Source: Podarcis gaigeae (Eukaryota). From it: a stretch of 64,000 bases of DNA. Each line of letters starts with the position of its first letter. Within the stretch, counting starts at the first letter, position 1. The translations under genes were made by a program, and so were the position numbers. Below, piece after piece: positions 20,704 to 33,400 of this stretch. Under the pieces are notes generated by a model. It made no database searches, had not been told where the DNA came from, and was given only the letters and a program-made list of their open reading frames with translations. The DNA lies in NCBI GenBank assembly GCA_964106915.2, contig OZ066927.1; one strand, written 5' to 3'.

Positions 20704-21857
20704 AGCACCCTAAATGGTTCTCTCCAGGTTTGGTGAATAGGCAAGAAAATGGCAAATGCTGCCAAATGTAAATTGATACGCAAAGAACAGAACAAAAACT
20801 ATGCACGCTGCCGTGGTTATCAAGGAGATACATATGGAATACTGTGTGCAGTTCTGATCTACCCCAGCGAGTTGAAACACCTTCATGCAAGGAAAGACAA
20901 ATATTGGTAGCTGTTCAGTTTGGAGGGGGAAGGCAATTAGTGAGGAGCAGAATTACAGAGGGTTTCACAGTGTGGAGATAGTTTTTCTGCCTCTCACATA
21001 ATTTTAGAACTGACAGCTGCCAATGAAATGGACTGGACTAGATTCGGGATGAGTGAGAGGAAGAACTTGCACATAATTGGTTGTGATGGGGATACAGAAT
21101 TTCACAGGTTCAGAGGTGGGATTCAACAACCACAGTTGCAGGAGCCAGCTCTTTCCCTCACCTTGAGGGTCTCCCAATTGTCTGGCCTGTGTTGGTGGCC
21201 CAGCTAGAAGGTTGCTCTGCTCTTGCACTCTTTGTTGGTGTTCCATATCTACAAGGGAAACCAGTTGTTTTCTAGGGTGCCATTCTCTTCTGGATTCTTT
21301 TGCTCTGGACTAGGTGACCCTTGGGCACCTTCCGACTCTTAAGATTCTTTGATTCTATGGCTCATGAGGAACGTTACACAAACAGAGGCCAAATCCTTGT
21401 TCCTGTGCTGCAAACAACAAACCTGAGCAGTTTTCTGGAAATGCCGTTTTGAACAAAAGGTATGTGGACAACAAAGCAGGTTGTTCTGTTCATTCCCCAC
21501 CAAGCAAAAAGGAGATAAACTCTTTGGCCTGCCCTTCCCTGACCCCTTCAGGCCTCTGCTGTGTGGGGCGAGGGAAGCAGCAGGAGCAAGGCCCAGGCAG
21601 GCAGCTGCTCTGGAATGCCCCCAGAGGGGCTTTGAGGGAACAGAGCAACCCTTCTCCTTCCCTTGACCTATGGAGCTCAGTGCCATTGGGCCGGGGAGAC
21701 ACTGGGTCATGGATGCTGGTGGAGGAGCAGAAGCCCAGCTCCCAAAAGGCTGGAAGAGACCTCGGTGGTGGGTGGAGGACCAGGCCTGGGCGCTTTGCCA
21801 GTGCATCAGTCAGTGGAAGCAGGACAGGAGCCCCTTCTGAGTCGCAGTTAATGTGGC

Positions 21858-21863
21858 TTTATT
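21858..21863 (-). terminator. MAP1A polyadenylation signal AATAAA (3'UTR about 2.5 kb)
   Basis: tttatt on +, about 2.46 kb beyond the MAP1A stop. Confidence 0.65.
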
Positions 21864-24322
21864 GGTTAGTGCAGGCCCCTCCATTTACAATCATTAGAAT
21901 TACAGAGAGTTGCACACAGAAATGCGAGGGGAGGGGGGAGAGGAAACTCAGGACCTTGGATTGTACATAACATGGAGGAGAGGAGGATGGCGGGGGGAGC
22001 ACTGGGCTCTATTTATACAACATTCAGTAGCAACGGGAGCTGGGCTAGAAGTCCTTCTCGCCGCTGCTGCCTTTGAGAAAGGTCCCCATGAGCATGACGC
22101 AGCAGAGGAGGAATTGCGTGCTGGGGCCCCCATGCAGGAACAAGCAGAAGCAGGAGCTCAATGTCTTTCTTGTCATTTCTTTCCTGGGCTCCCCAACGGT
22201 CCCTCTGGGTGGGTGGTGGTGGGGTTGCTAATGGAGCTCAGTCTGGGTGCATTATAAACAGCAGTTTTTACAAGCTTTGCCGTAGAACGTGAAGAAGGGA
22301 GATGCTGAAGCCAGCTTCAAAACTACAAATTTTGGGGAAGGACTCAAGCTGGTTGGGTGGGGAAATTGGGGTTGTGGAGAGCAGATCATTGAGTAACCAT
22401 GGGGCGGGGAGGGATGTGGGGGAAGATATTCCCCTGAAGTACTTTCTCCTCTGATGGAGCAGTGGGTCTAAATCCCACTGGCCCCTGCTTCAAGTTTTAA
22501 GATAGACACATTCATAGGTGGGTTAGCGCAGCAGCTTGTCTGTCCAGGCCCAGGGACCCACCACCTCTGCTGCTGGGCCTGAGCATACACGGCTTGTAGG
22601 CACTGGTCTCTGGCTGCTGCCTCATCACAAGCCATGAGGGCAAGTCCAAGACCCAAACCACAATGGATACGCTCCACAGGAAATCAACAATTGGGCTTGC
22701 TGGGCCCCTTCCTGCTGGGCAGGGAGCTGGAGCATGGAACTGAGTCCCTGGAGGCTGCAGAACCAAATGCCAGGGGGAAGGCAGGGGGGCAGGGACTTGT
22801 CTATCATCTGTCAAGCTTACTGCATTTAGAAATGTGATGTTTACCCTGTGCCCTGAAACCCAGAAGCCTTCAGTGTGGTGATGGCAGCTCACAGTAAAAA
22901 TATTTTAAATACACACACACTCACTCACACACACAAAATAGCATACACAGTTCCAATAAAAGGTCAGTTCCAATTACAACCCAAAGAAACCCAAAATAAA
23001 TATATAGACAAGTGACCAGAAAAATAGTTCCTATGGGATTCTCCCCAGCTCCACTTTTTCTTTTCTTTTTTCCTTTTTTTTGCCAGTCTGATGGCAGGAA
23101 CAATTTAGACCAGCTAAGAGAGCTGAGCACATTCTTTCCTAGACCAAGAGCCACACCCAAAGACTCTGTAAGGCTTTTTCAGAGCTTGCCCAAAGGTTCA
23201 CACCCATGATTTGTGACTTCCCAAGTGTGCTCTGCCCCCTCCCTCCCTGTGGCTACAATGTGCTGGGCCACCAGCTCTGGCTTTGCCAGCAGCACAGAGG
23301 ACGAAACCGGGGGCCCTCACTGTGGCTGCTGACAGCTTGAAGGGCCTCTAACGCTATCTGCAGTAGCTGTGAGGAGAATGGCAGTGCATGCGGGGAGCTG
23401 GACAAAGAGCCGGCAAACACCCCCTTCACTTGGCTTGGCCCTCAGTTCTAGCAAAAGGGAGGAAAAGATGTCCTTGTATGTGCAGCAGTGCCAGCTCCAT
23501 TCCCAGAGGGATCCAGTCCCCACCCACCTACCCCAATTTCCCGCCTTCTAGCCACTGTTTTGCTCTCAGGGAAATACTGGGACTTTATGAACATGATCCT
23601 CCTCCAAAGGGCAGAGTCGCTTGGCAGGGGCCAGCTTCACCTCTGGCACTGCTGAAGATGCAGTATTTGGCATTTTCTGACTGCAGAGCTGAAGGGCTTC
23701 TCTGCAATGTACTTGGTACGCCAGGCTGGATTCTTTTTCCAGCACAGCTTTGGCAGAGTGTTGGGGGGCAAGCAAGCCGGTTTCCACTTTTCTGTGTCAT
23801 CATCTCCTCCTCCTCCTCCTCCCAGCTCAGTTCTCACTTCACACCTGAGAGGCTGAGGAATGGTGTCTCTCCTTCTCTTCCTGCTCTCGTCCTCCTTTTC
23901 ACTGGTCTCTTGTGCTGCTTCCATCTGAAGCTACCCCGTGGGCTAAGTCGGACAAAGTTCTGGAGGTCAGAAGAGCCCTCAGGCAAGGGAGCAGGGAGGG
24001 AGGGGGCAGCGCTTTCGCAAGCAGCATCAAAGCAGCTGAATTATTCTACAGCAATGACGGAGGCAGCAAAATAAATCTGGAAAAGTGAAGCAGCTCCCAA
24101 GAGGGTCCCTCCACTCCACACACATCCAGGCATGCTGGACACGTCCTGGGCAAGTTGGCAAACAAGAGCCATGTGCAGGCAGCATGTGCCCAGCAGATCC
24201 AGACCACATTTGGGACTGGAAGGAGACTTGCGCTGTGAGTAGATGGATCTCCCAGTGCTGCATGGTGGGGGGGTGGGGAAGGCGGATGGACGGATGAGAT
24301 GCGCTGCTGCAGCCAGGGGGCC

Positions 24323-24478
24323 TCAGAACTCAATCTTGCATGCAGGAAAGGACTCATCCTGCATCACCACTGTGCTGCTGCTGGCCAGGACCATGATGCT
24401 TAGCTCCTGCTGCTTCTCGTGGGTCTGTTGGTACCATTCCCGGGTCACTTCCGTGTCGTGTGTTGGGATGAGAGTCAC
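24323..24478 (-). CDS. MAP1A: MAP1A last coding exon (VTLIPTHDTEVTREWYQQTHEKQ...FPACKIEF*)
   Basis: ctcag| acceptor; TGA at 24325-24323. Confidence 0.95.
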   Translation of the reverse strand: MTLIPTHDTEVTREWYQQTHEKQQELSIMVLASSSTVVMQDESFPACKIEF

Positions 24479-27400
24479 CTGAGGAAGCACAAGAGACAGG
24501 CTGGGAAGGGGTTCCCTGGTGCTCTGGCCAATCACAGCAGGGACAGGAAACGAGGCAGCTACCTCTGGCTAACAGAGCATCCCTTGCAGAGGCAGAAGGA
24601 GGTTTGCTGCAGGAATGGGTCAAAGGAGCAGGCTGGAGCTAATTTTTCCAGCAGTTGGAGCAGATCTGGTGGAGGTGAGTGGGCCTCCCTCTTTGGACTT
24701 GGCTCAGAATGATTCTAGGCCAAGGAGAGGTGGCTGGATGGGCCAACGGAGACAATGTCTTCCTGGCCAGATGAGACCAAGCAGTAACTGAGCACTGGCT
24801 TGCCTGGTGGGCATAGGGCCAGGACTGACTTAGGCAGTTTCCCTTCAAGTGAACAGTTCTTGTTGCACTGAGAAGTCATACTTTGCAGAGAAAGCAAGCT
24901 CTTCATGAGCCATGCTCTGCTGTAGCCCTTAGGCATGCTTGCAAACTCTCGCCCTCTCCTCCCCCCACTGGCTCCACAGAGAAGCCAGCCCAGCCCGTAC
25001 CTGCAGGTTCTCCCCCCACTGGGCCTTCCCTTCCAGGAGGGCGTCCAACACTGTGCGACTGGGCTCCCCGCTGCCTGGGTCGTTGCCGCTCATGACGTAG
25101 TAGGAGGCCCGGACCCTCTTGAAGAATTCCTGGTCCGTGTTCTTCCCACTGCAGTGATTGGGGATGTAAGCCAGGTCCACATAGATGGGGGGCCCAGGGG
25201 GCACAGAGGAGCTGCTCTTGGGGTTGCTGGAGACTTAGGGAGAGAGAAGAGGGAGGGGATATTAAACCAGCTGGTGGCAACTGGGCCGGGTGGTTGCTAG
25301 CCCATCAGCTCCTGGTGAAAATGCCCCAACTAGGGATCTCTCGCATAACATTGTTCTTATTTAAAAAAAATAGTAAGTTTTATTAATATTTTCCACACAA
25401 CAAGAAACAGAAAACAAAAAATAACAATAGACAAAACACAAAAACAAACATATGAAAAACAAATCCCAAACTTACAAATTAATAGTATAAACACTAAAAA
25501 GGAAAACAAGGGTTGACTTCCACCAATCCCACAGCACCTCCTTTACCTCTCATTGTATCTTCCTGTTTTCCGTATCACCTCAATCCTAGCATCTGGCTAG
25601 GATCACCTGGATGGTGATCCCTTTGCATCTCTTCCTGAGATCCCTCCAGAGAGATTCCCCCTCATAATAATGTATTTGGTAATAGCCACACCAGAGTGCA
25701 GAGTTTCAGAAGTGGAGATAGTGTATTTTCCACCAGGAAAAGGTAGGCCTGATTTGTCATCCATGCCCCAGATTAAATCCACAGGAAGTGCTTCTGGCAA
25801 TCTTTGACCCTAAACCAGGGAGCAGAAGCAGCACATCCTGCTTCTGGGAAAGTCTCCCCAACTTTGGGCAGAAGACAAACGGCTGGACAGCCAGAGGTGA
25901 GAGCACAGATGCCCCACAATTCCCGCCAAGAGGGCCAGGCCTCTGCTCAGTCTTACCTGGGCTGGTTTTGACGCCATTGACAAGGTTCTTGCCAGGGTTG
26001 GGGGGACCCGTCTCTTCTCCATGGGCCTTCAGGGGCTTCTCTCTCTTGGCCAGTGCTGGCTTTGGAGGCCGGTCTGGTGGCTGTTGCTTCAAGGGGGTCG
26101 GGGACCATTTCTCAGGCTTCCGGACAGGGGAAGAGGACTTGGGCTTGCCCAGCGGCTTCCTCACCCCTTTGTTTTTCTCCTTCAGATCCTTCTTGGATAT
26201 TTTGTCAGGCCTGCTCATGTTCTGATCATTGAGCAGCACCTCGGGGTCCATCATGCAGACATCTGGGTGTGGAGGGTGTGGATGGGGGTCCACCAGGGTG
26301 ATGGGTGGGGGGTCATGACCAGCTCTTGTGCTGCTGCTGCTGCTGCTGTGATGGGAGCTGCCCACAGCTTTGTCCACTGGGAGGAAATCGGCGTCTTCAT
26401 CGGAGTCCATGGCCGCGTCGGCTGTGATGGAGGGGCATTCCTCTGTTTCTGGAGGGACATCCGAGTCAGACTGGGAGGTGCCAGAGTCACTTGCAGAGGT
26501 GGGGGGAGTTTCTTCTGCTGTGGCAGGGGGTTGCCTATGGCCACCAGGGATGGATTGTGGCCTTCCTTTCACAGAAGGGTGACCTTCAGCCTGGGAACAT
26601 TCACTCTCCTCTGATGAATCCTGAGGACTGGGATTGATGAACGATGGGGACAGCTCTCCCTTCCTTTGCTTATACTCACACGAGAACCTCTGCCCGTACT
26701 CTGAGGTGGCTCCCAGAGATGGCTCCAACTCATGGGAGGCGTCACCATGATCCTCTGCTTGGCTGCCATGCTGGGCATCTGGAAAGAAGGGCGGGAAAGC
26801 TGGCTCACAGCTCAACAAGGAAGAGGGACGGCTTTGTCTCTCACAGTCCTCCTTCTCGTCATCCTCCTTCTCATCGTCGTCTTCCTCCTCGTCGTCGTCC
26901 TCACTCCTTGTTGCCCCTGTGAGATGTGGCCCACCATGGAAAGCAAGGGGGCTGAGGCTCACCTCTGTGGGCCCGTTGGCAGTGGCAGCTGCCTCCTGCT
27001 GGCAGTGGGGGGAAACAGCCAGGATGTCAGGGAGGGGAGTGGCTGCTGGCCACTCTCCAGGGCTTGGGGGCTGCTGTGTGCAGCTAACTGTGCAGCTGGG
27101 CTCAGACTGCTGAGTGGGCAGAGAGGGCAGGCCCAAGCCGGCAGAGGCATCTCCTCCCATTTCACCTGAAAACATCTTTGCAGAACCTGCTGGAAGCTGT
27201 GGGGACGTGGGTTGCTGTGCTCTCTGGGCATCTGGCCCAGCAGCTGTTCCTCGATAGGGGGGGGACAAGGGGCTCTCACTGACTGCTGGATGTGTTGAGA
27301 TGGAGGCCCTCAAGAAGGTTTCCTCAGGAGAGCTAGATGACTCTTGGGGTGCCCCAGAGAGAAGCTTCCCTCCTCCTGCTGTGAACGATGAATCCTCACT

Positions 27401-30400
27401 AGAAACCTTTTTGGATACCTCCAAGTATTCATCTCTCTTGCCCTTTTCAAAGGGGTCAGAATCAGGGATGCCAAAAGCGAGGGATTTGTCCCGTAAGTGG
27501 GATGAGAAATGTGCTTCGTGTCGGAACAGGATGGATGGCTGGTGCATGCCCAGGGAAGAGAGTTCAAAGCCCGAGGAAGAGCAATCCAGCCCTTTCGTCA
27601 GCAGCGCTGGGCCCTTTGGAGGGTCCTTCTCTTTAGCAGCAGAACCAAAGCAGAAGCCTTTGGAGTCAGTATCACCAAAGCCTTTCCCTATGGAGGCCTC
27701 TTCCTCCTCCTCTTCTTCTTCTTCCTCCTCCTCCTCCTTTTTGGAGCATGGCTTGCTTGAGGCCCACTCCTGCCTTTCTGGACCTGCAAGGCTGCCATAG
27801 GCAGCAACATCCTCAGCCTTCAAGGCTGTTCTCTCTTTCTGACTCTCCTCTCCCAACAATGCACCATAGGATGCTCCTTGCCATGTCGCTGATAGACAGT
27901 CCTCCTTCTCCAGTCCTGAAATGTCTGCATAGGGTTCCTCTTCCCTCTCACTGGCTGGCTTCAGAGCTGAAGGGGGCTCCCCTGGGTGCTTGGATTCCTT
28001 TTCAGACTTCTCCTTGGCCCCCTTCTCCAGCTCTGAGTCGCTGGTGCTCTCTTCTCCCCTTCTGGCTTGCTCATAGTACATATCCTTGGGCAGGGAGTGC
28101 TTGGGAGAAGGAGACCTTTGCTCCTGGCTGATGTTTGCATCTGGAGGGTGGGCACCTTCAACGTAAGGAGCTGTCTCCTCCTGCTTCAGCATGCCTGCCA
28201 CATCAGTGTGGGAGGTAAAGCCTTTGTCCCCCAGAGAGGCTGCAGGCAGGGAGCTCACCAGACTTCCTGGCAGAAGAGGTGAAGAGTCTGCAAGGCTCTC
28301 ATCAGGCTGTGGGTCGTCCTGGGCTGCCAAGCTCTGTGGTACACTGTGCTTCTCTGCTATCTGAAGAGGATGGCCCTGGGCATGGACCTCTGCATACTCA
28401 AAGGAGGGCTCTGCTTTGTCCTTTGGGGAAACTGGAGACGAGAGCTCTTTCTCAGTAGGAGTGTAGAGGCAAGACTCTTCTTCCTTGGAGGAGATGGGGT
28501 AAAGGGTTGTCCCTATCTTGAGACCCACATCTTTTCCAAGGTGGCCAATGCTAGACATGACAACATTCTCATAGATATCTGCATAATGGAAAGTCTTCTC
28601 ATGAGGGTAAGGAGTTGCTTCTCTCTCTTCCCCTTTCCCAAGAGTGTCAACTTTGGGTTCACAGAGCCCAGACTGACTGGGAGAGTCTGTGGTGCTGAAC
28701 CAGGAATGATGCTCTGCTTGGTCAATGGAGACTGTGTCCTGCAAAGGGGTTGCAAGGTCTCCACTTCCTCCAAGGTGGGTGGACTCACTCTTCCCTGGCT
28801 CCACAACTGCAGGGGCCCTGTCTTCCTGGGATCCTACTGGACTCAGCAGAGCTGTCCTCACAACCTGCTCCTTTTGGCTTTCCTCTGAGCAAGTGTGAGA
28901 TTCCACCTCAGCCTCCTGCTCTCTGTCCTGCATCTCTTTGGGATCCCACTTGCTTTTGTAGACATTATCACTCTCTGATCTCCTCTCTGTGGTTCCTGGT
29001 TGGAGTGTGGGCACACTTTGGTCTACTGCAGGGGACTTTCGCTGCTCTGGTGCAGATGCTTCTCTCTCCTCTTCCAAAGCAGGAGGCTCCACCACATAGC
29101 TGGACCATGGCTCTGTGGCCACTTCCTCCTCAGCTTGCTCAAGCGGGGAATCCTCCCTCCATCCTGTTCTAGGTGGAATCTTGACCTGGTGTGGAGGGGA
29201 CAGTATGGCCCATTCCAGGCCGGGTGTTGACACACTTTCTGGCCCAGGAGAGGGGGGGCTTATAGAGCCAGGCATCTTGGATTCCTTTGTGTCCAGGGCA
29301 CTGTGTTCAGCAGCTGCTTGTGGAAATGCCTGTGTTTCGTCAGATGATGTTTCTGGCACCTGCTGGGCCACAACCTTGTCACTCACATGGGGAAAGCGGT
29401 TCTCAGGAGGTGTCTCTTGCTTCAAAGTGGCAAAGTCTTCATGGAAGTGCCTGTATCCTGAGTCCCAAATGTCTTGCATGGCCAGTCCAGAAATGTCATC
29501 TTCAGACTCTGCCGCAGAGTGAGAAATCACTCCCTCTTCAGTCATGGGAGGAGGAGGAGGAGGAGCCTTTGTTTCATGTTTTTCTACTTCCTCATCCAAG
29601 AAGGTACATTCCCCTCTTTCTTTCCCATACTTTGGCTTTTGCTCTTTGCATGGCACTTCCTTCGTCTCCTCTGGAAACCACACTTTCTTCTCAGAGTTTG
29701 TGTCTTTCAGATAAATATCTTCCATTTCTGGAGATTCCTCTTCTTCTTCTTCCTCCTCCTCTTCAGTATCCTGCTCCTCTTCCAGCAACTGACGAGGCCC
29801 CATCTCCTCAGAGGAGACTTGCGAGGGCTCCTTCTCCAGAACTGGGCTTGGTTCTGTGAAGCTTGAAGACTTTGAACCTGGACTTTCTTTGGGGGAAGGT
29901 CTTGGAGATGGTTCTTTGATGGGCTCTTTTTCAGCTAAGGATACAGCTCTGGCATCTTCCATAATAGCATCTGCAGAAGACATTGTGAGGGTGGCATGAC
30001 TGTCTTGGAATGGATCCTTCCCATGGAATGAAAGGGAACTAAGTGAATTGTCTTTGGCCAAAGCTTCAGATGTTTTGCTTCCAAAAGGGCTCTGCTCTGT
30101 GTAAGACTGGTAGCTCATTTCAGGAGAGAATTGTTCTGTGAACACGTCTGATGAGGACTTCTGAGCAGGGACCTCTTTTGTAGACAGAGACAGAGCATCA
30201 GGTTGAGAACCCTCTCCTGTGAACAAGTGCAAAGAGGTTTCTTCACTAAGGCTCACAGAAATGTCACTGCCTTCTGGGGAAGTGTATTTGATAGCAACTG
30301 AGGGGGGTCCCTCTTGGCCTAAGTTGCGCTCTGTGAAATGTAGAGCATTCCCATCTTCTGGCAATTTTTCCATGGCAAAATCATCTGAACATTTTGCTTT

Positions 30401-33400
30401 CCCAGGAGTGTCTTCAATAAATGGGAACACTTTTGCTTCCTCTGGTGAAAGCGGTTTTGTGGGCACTTGTGAAGAACTCTCACCAAAAGCTCTATCGGAA
30501 GGTTCCTCCCACCCTTCTGGAGGAGGAATTTCAGCCGCAGAGAAGAGCACCTCATGGGCAGGACACTTCATGCTTTCCTGGGAGGCTTCCTCGGTAGTGT
30601 CTGCTCCCTTCAATGGAGAGCCCTCTTTGGGCTCTAGAAGTGTGTCTTTGGTGAGAGGATAAAGGTCAGAAATGTCCAGGGTCTCTTGCTTGTGGTAGAA
30701 GCTGATGGCCAGCTCCTCTTTCTCAAGAGGCAGTCTCCGATCCTCACCCTGGACAGGTGCAGATTCTGATACAGTCACACTTTCTGGGACAGGCTTGTCC
30801 TGAAGGACAGTTGATGCCTCTTTCTCCCCAGAAAAGAGCCCCTCAGTAGCAACGACCTCTCCTTCAAAAGCCCTGGAGATCTCAGTGGCTTTGCTGGGAC
30901 TTCTTTCTTCATCCCATTTCACAGGGGCCTCAGAAGACTTGTCAAACAGCTCAGCCTCCACAGTGTCCGATTTCTCCTCTACAGGGGACTGGTGGAAAGG
31001 TGTGTGCCCAGCGCTGGTGGGACCTGACTGGGTGGGAGATGCCATCTTGACTGTGCTGTCATCAGGGCTCATGCACCGCTCTTCAGCCTCACCAGAGCCT
31101 GCAACTACCTGCAGCAACTGGGTTTCTCCGTCGAGTATCAGCATGGCCTCTTGGGATCCTTCCACTGGCACTCCTTTTAAATCATCTCCCAGGGGCCCTT
31201 GCTGAGAAAACAAAGGTGCATCATAATGACCCTGCGCTCTCCAAGGCTTCTCAATATTTGGTGTTTCATCTTCTTCTTCCTCCTCCTCCTCTTCCTCCTC
31301 CTCCTGTTCTGGTTCCTGTTGCTGCTGCAGGCCCTTTTTACAGGCCTCAAGCCTCCTCTCACCTTCTGCTTGTATACGGAAGTCTTCTGGAGGTGGAGAC
31401 TTGAAGCCTTTGTCCTCCTCTAGTGAAGATGTGGGAGAAATGGTGCCAGCGGAGGGAACATAGTCCAGACCTTGTGTAGCCTCTGTTCTAGAGGAAGGGA
31501 TGCTGTTCACTGTATCCAGCAGCAAGGAGCTTTTGCCAGTATCCTCTGTCTGCGGTGCTGTTATCGAGGCAACAGACTGGTCCTCTGCAACAGAGGTGGC
31601 AAAAGAGGAGAGCTTGTCACACTCTGTGATGGATGTTGCTGAAGAAACATGCTCCTCTTCTGCCAAGGGGGCAGCCACAATGTTGGTGGGGTAGGCAAGG
31701 ACTGCAGGGTCTTGGCCAGCAGCTGTCATGGCCTGGATCCCGTGGATAGCTTCAAAGGAGCCAGTCTGGTCTGGCACCGCAATATCAGAAGAGCTAATAT
31801 CTGTCTTGAGCTGGGGCAGCCTCTCCTCCTGCTCATCGTGGATCTCTTCATCGGAGATGGTTTGCTCTGTCTCTGAGTAGCCAGGGATGGTCTCATCCTG
31901 GATGTAGGAGATGTGTTCTCCAAGTGGGGCTGGAGCGCTGCCCAGGCAGGATTCCTCCTCCTCCCCCTTGCCCATTCTTTGCTTCCCAGGCAGTCTGCTT
32001 TCCTCCTTGGCCTCTTTTTCCTTCCCTCTGGAGGGAAAGAGGGGACCTTCTGGCTGCTGGAAGAGAGAAAGCTCACTCTTCTCTGTCTCTTCCCTTTTGG
32101 CCTCTGCAAGGGGCTGTCCGGTCCCTTCCAGCTCTGCCTGTTCCAATCCCTTGTCTCTCCTGTCCATTTGCCTCTCTGCCTGGGTCTCCATCCACTTCAT
32201 TTCCAAAGCAGAATATTTGTCTTCCGAGTAGTCACCGGAAGCCTGCATTGGCTCTCTCTCTTCTCCTGCTTCTTTTCTGGAGACTTCTGCTGTTCTCTCA
32301 AGGGGCTCCCCCAAGGCTGCTGCTCTCTCATCAGGTCTTTTGGGCATTTCCCCTCCTCCCTCCTTGCCCGTTTCCTCCTCTGTTGCACCTTGGGACCAGG
32401 AGTCTGGGCCACTGACTCCTTCTGGGATCAGGTCTGTCTCCTGAGCAGCCACATCACTAAGCCCCTGCTTTCCTGCCTCTCCTTCTGCAGGACCAGGTGC
32501 CTCTGGAAGCCTGGCCTGCTTTTCAGCCTTCAGCTCCTCAAAGTCCTTGGTGAGGTCTTCTGGGGAAGACAAGACCAGCCTGTGTTCAGCCAAGCCTGCT
32601 GGTTCTGGGGGCTGGCTTGGTGGCTTCCTGGGCACAGGCAAGGCCTTCTTTGGCTCTCCATGGGCAGCGTCCTTCTCAGCTTTGCTGCGAGCTTTCTCCG
32701 CTTTGATCCGACCAGGAGCTTTTGCCTTGTACAAAGTCTTCCTCACTTCAGGGGTGAATGACTTCAAGTCTGGCTTTGAAATCTTTTTCAGCTCCGGCTT
32801 GGCTTCCTTCTTTTTCTCTTCTTTCTTTGACTCCTTCCTTTCCTCTTTCTTCCCATCGTCTTTCTTAATCTCCTTCCTCTCTTTCTTGATCTCTTTCTTC
32901 TCCTTGTCCCTTTTCTCCTCCAGCTTAGACACTTTCTCCTTGAGGTGCTTCTTGCCCATTTTGTCTTTGTTGTGTTTCCTTTTCTCTGCTTTGAGGGCAT
33001 CGCTGGAGTCCATTCTTACTTTCTCTGCCTTGGGGGGCTTTTCCAGTGGCTCCTTGGTCTTCTTCTCTGTCTTGGCCTCTTTGAGAACCTCGGACTTCAC
33101 CTCCTTTGCTCCCTCCTCAACACCTGCCTTGGCAGCTGCCGGCTTAGAAGACTTGAGGCTCTCCTTGCTGTCTGTCCTCTGCTTGATCTTGGTCTGCTTG
33201 AGTGCCAGGGTGGGAAGGCCAGAGGCAATTTCCTTTTGCGTAGCAACAGGATACTTCAGGAAATCCAAGTGCCTGAGTTTCTCAAGCCCTTCCAAAATCT
33301 TGTTTTGTGGTGCATTCCCAGGGAACAAAACTCGCACTATTTTTTCCGTTGGACTTGCTGGGAGCCACACAACCAAGGCGGTGATGGAGGTCAGGTAGGG

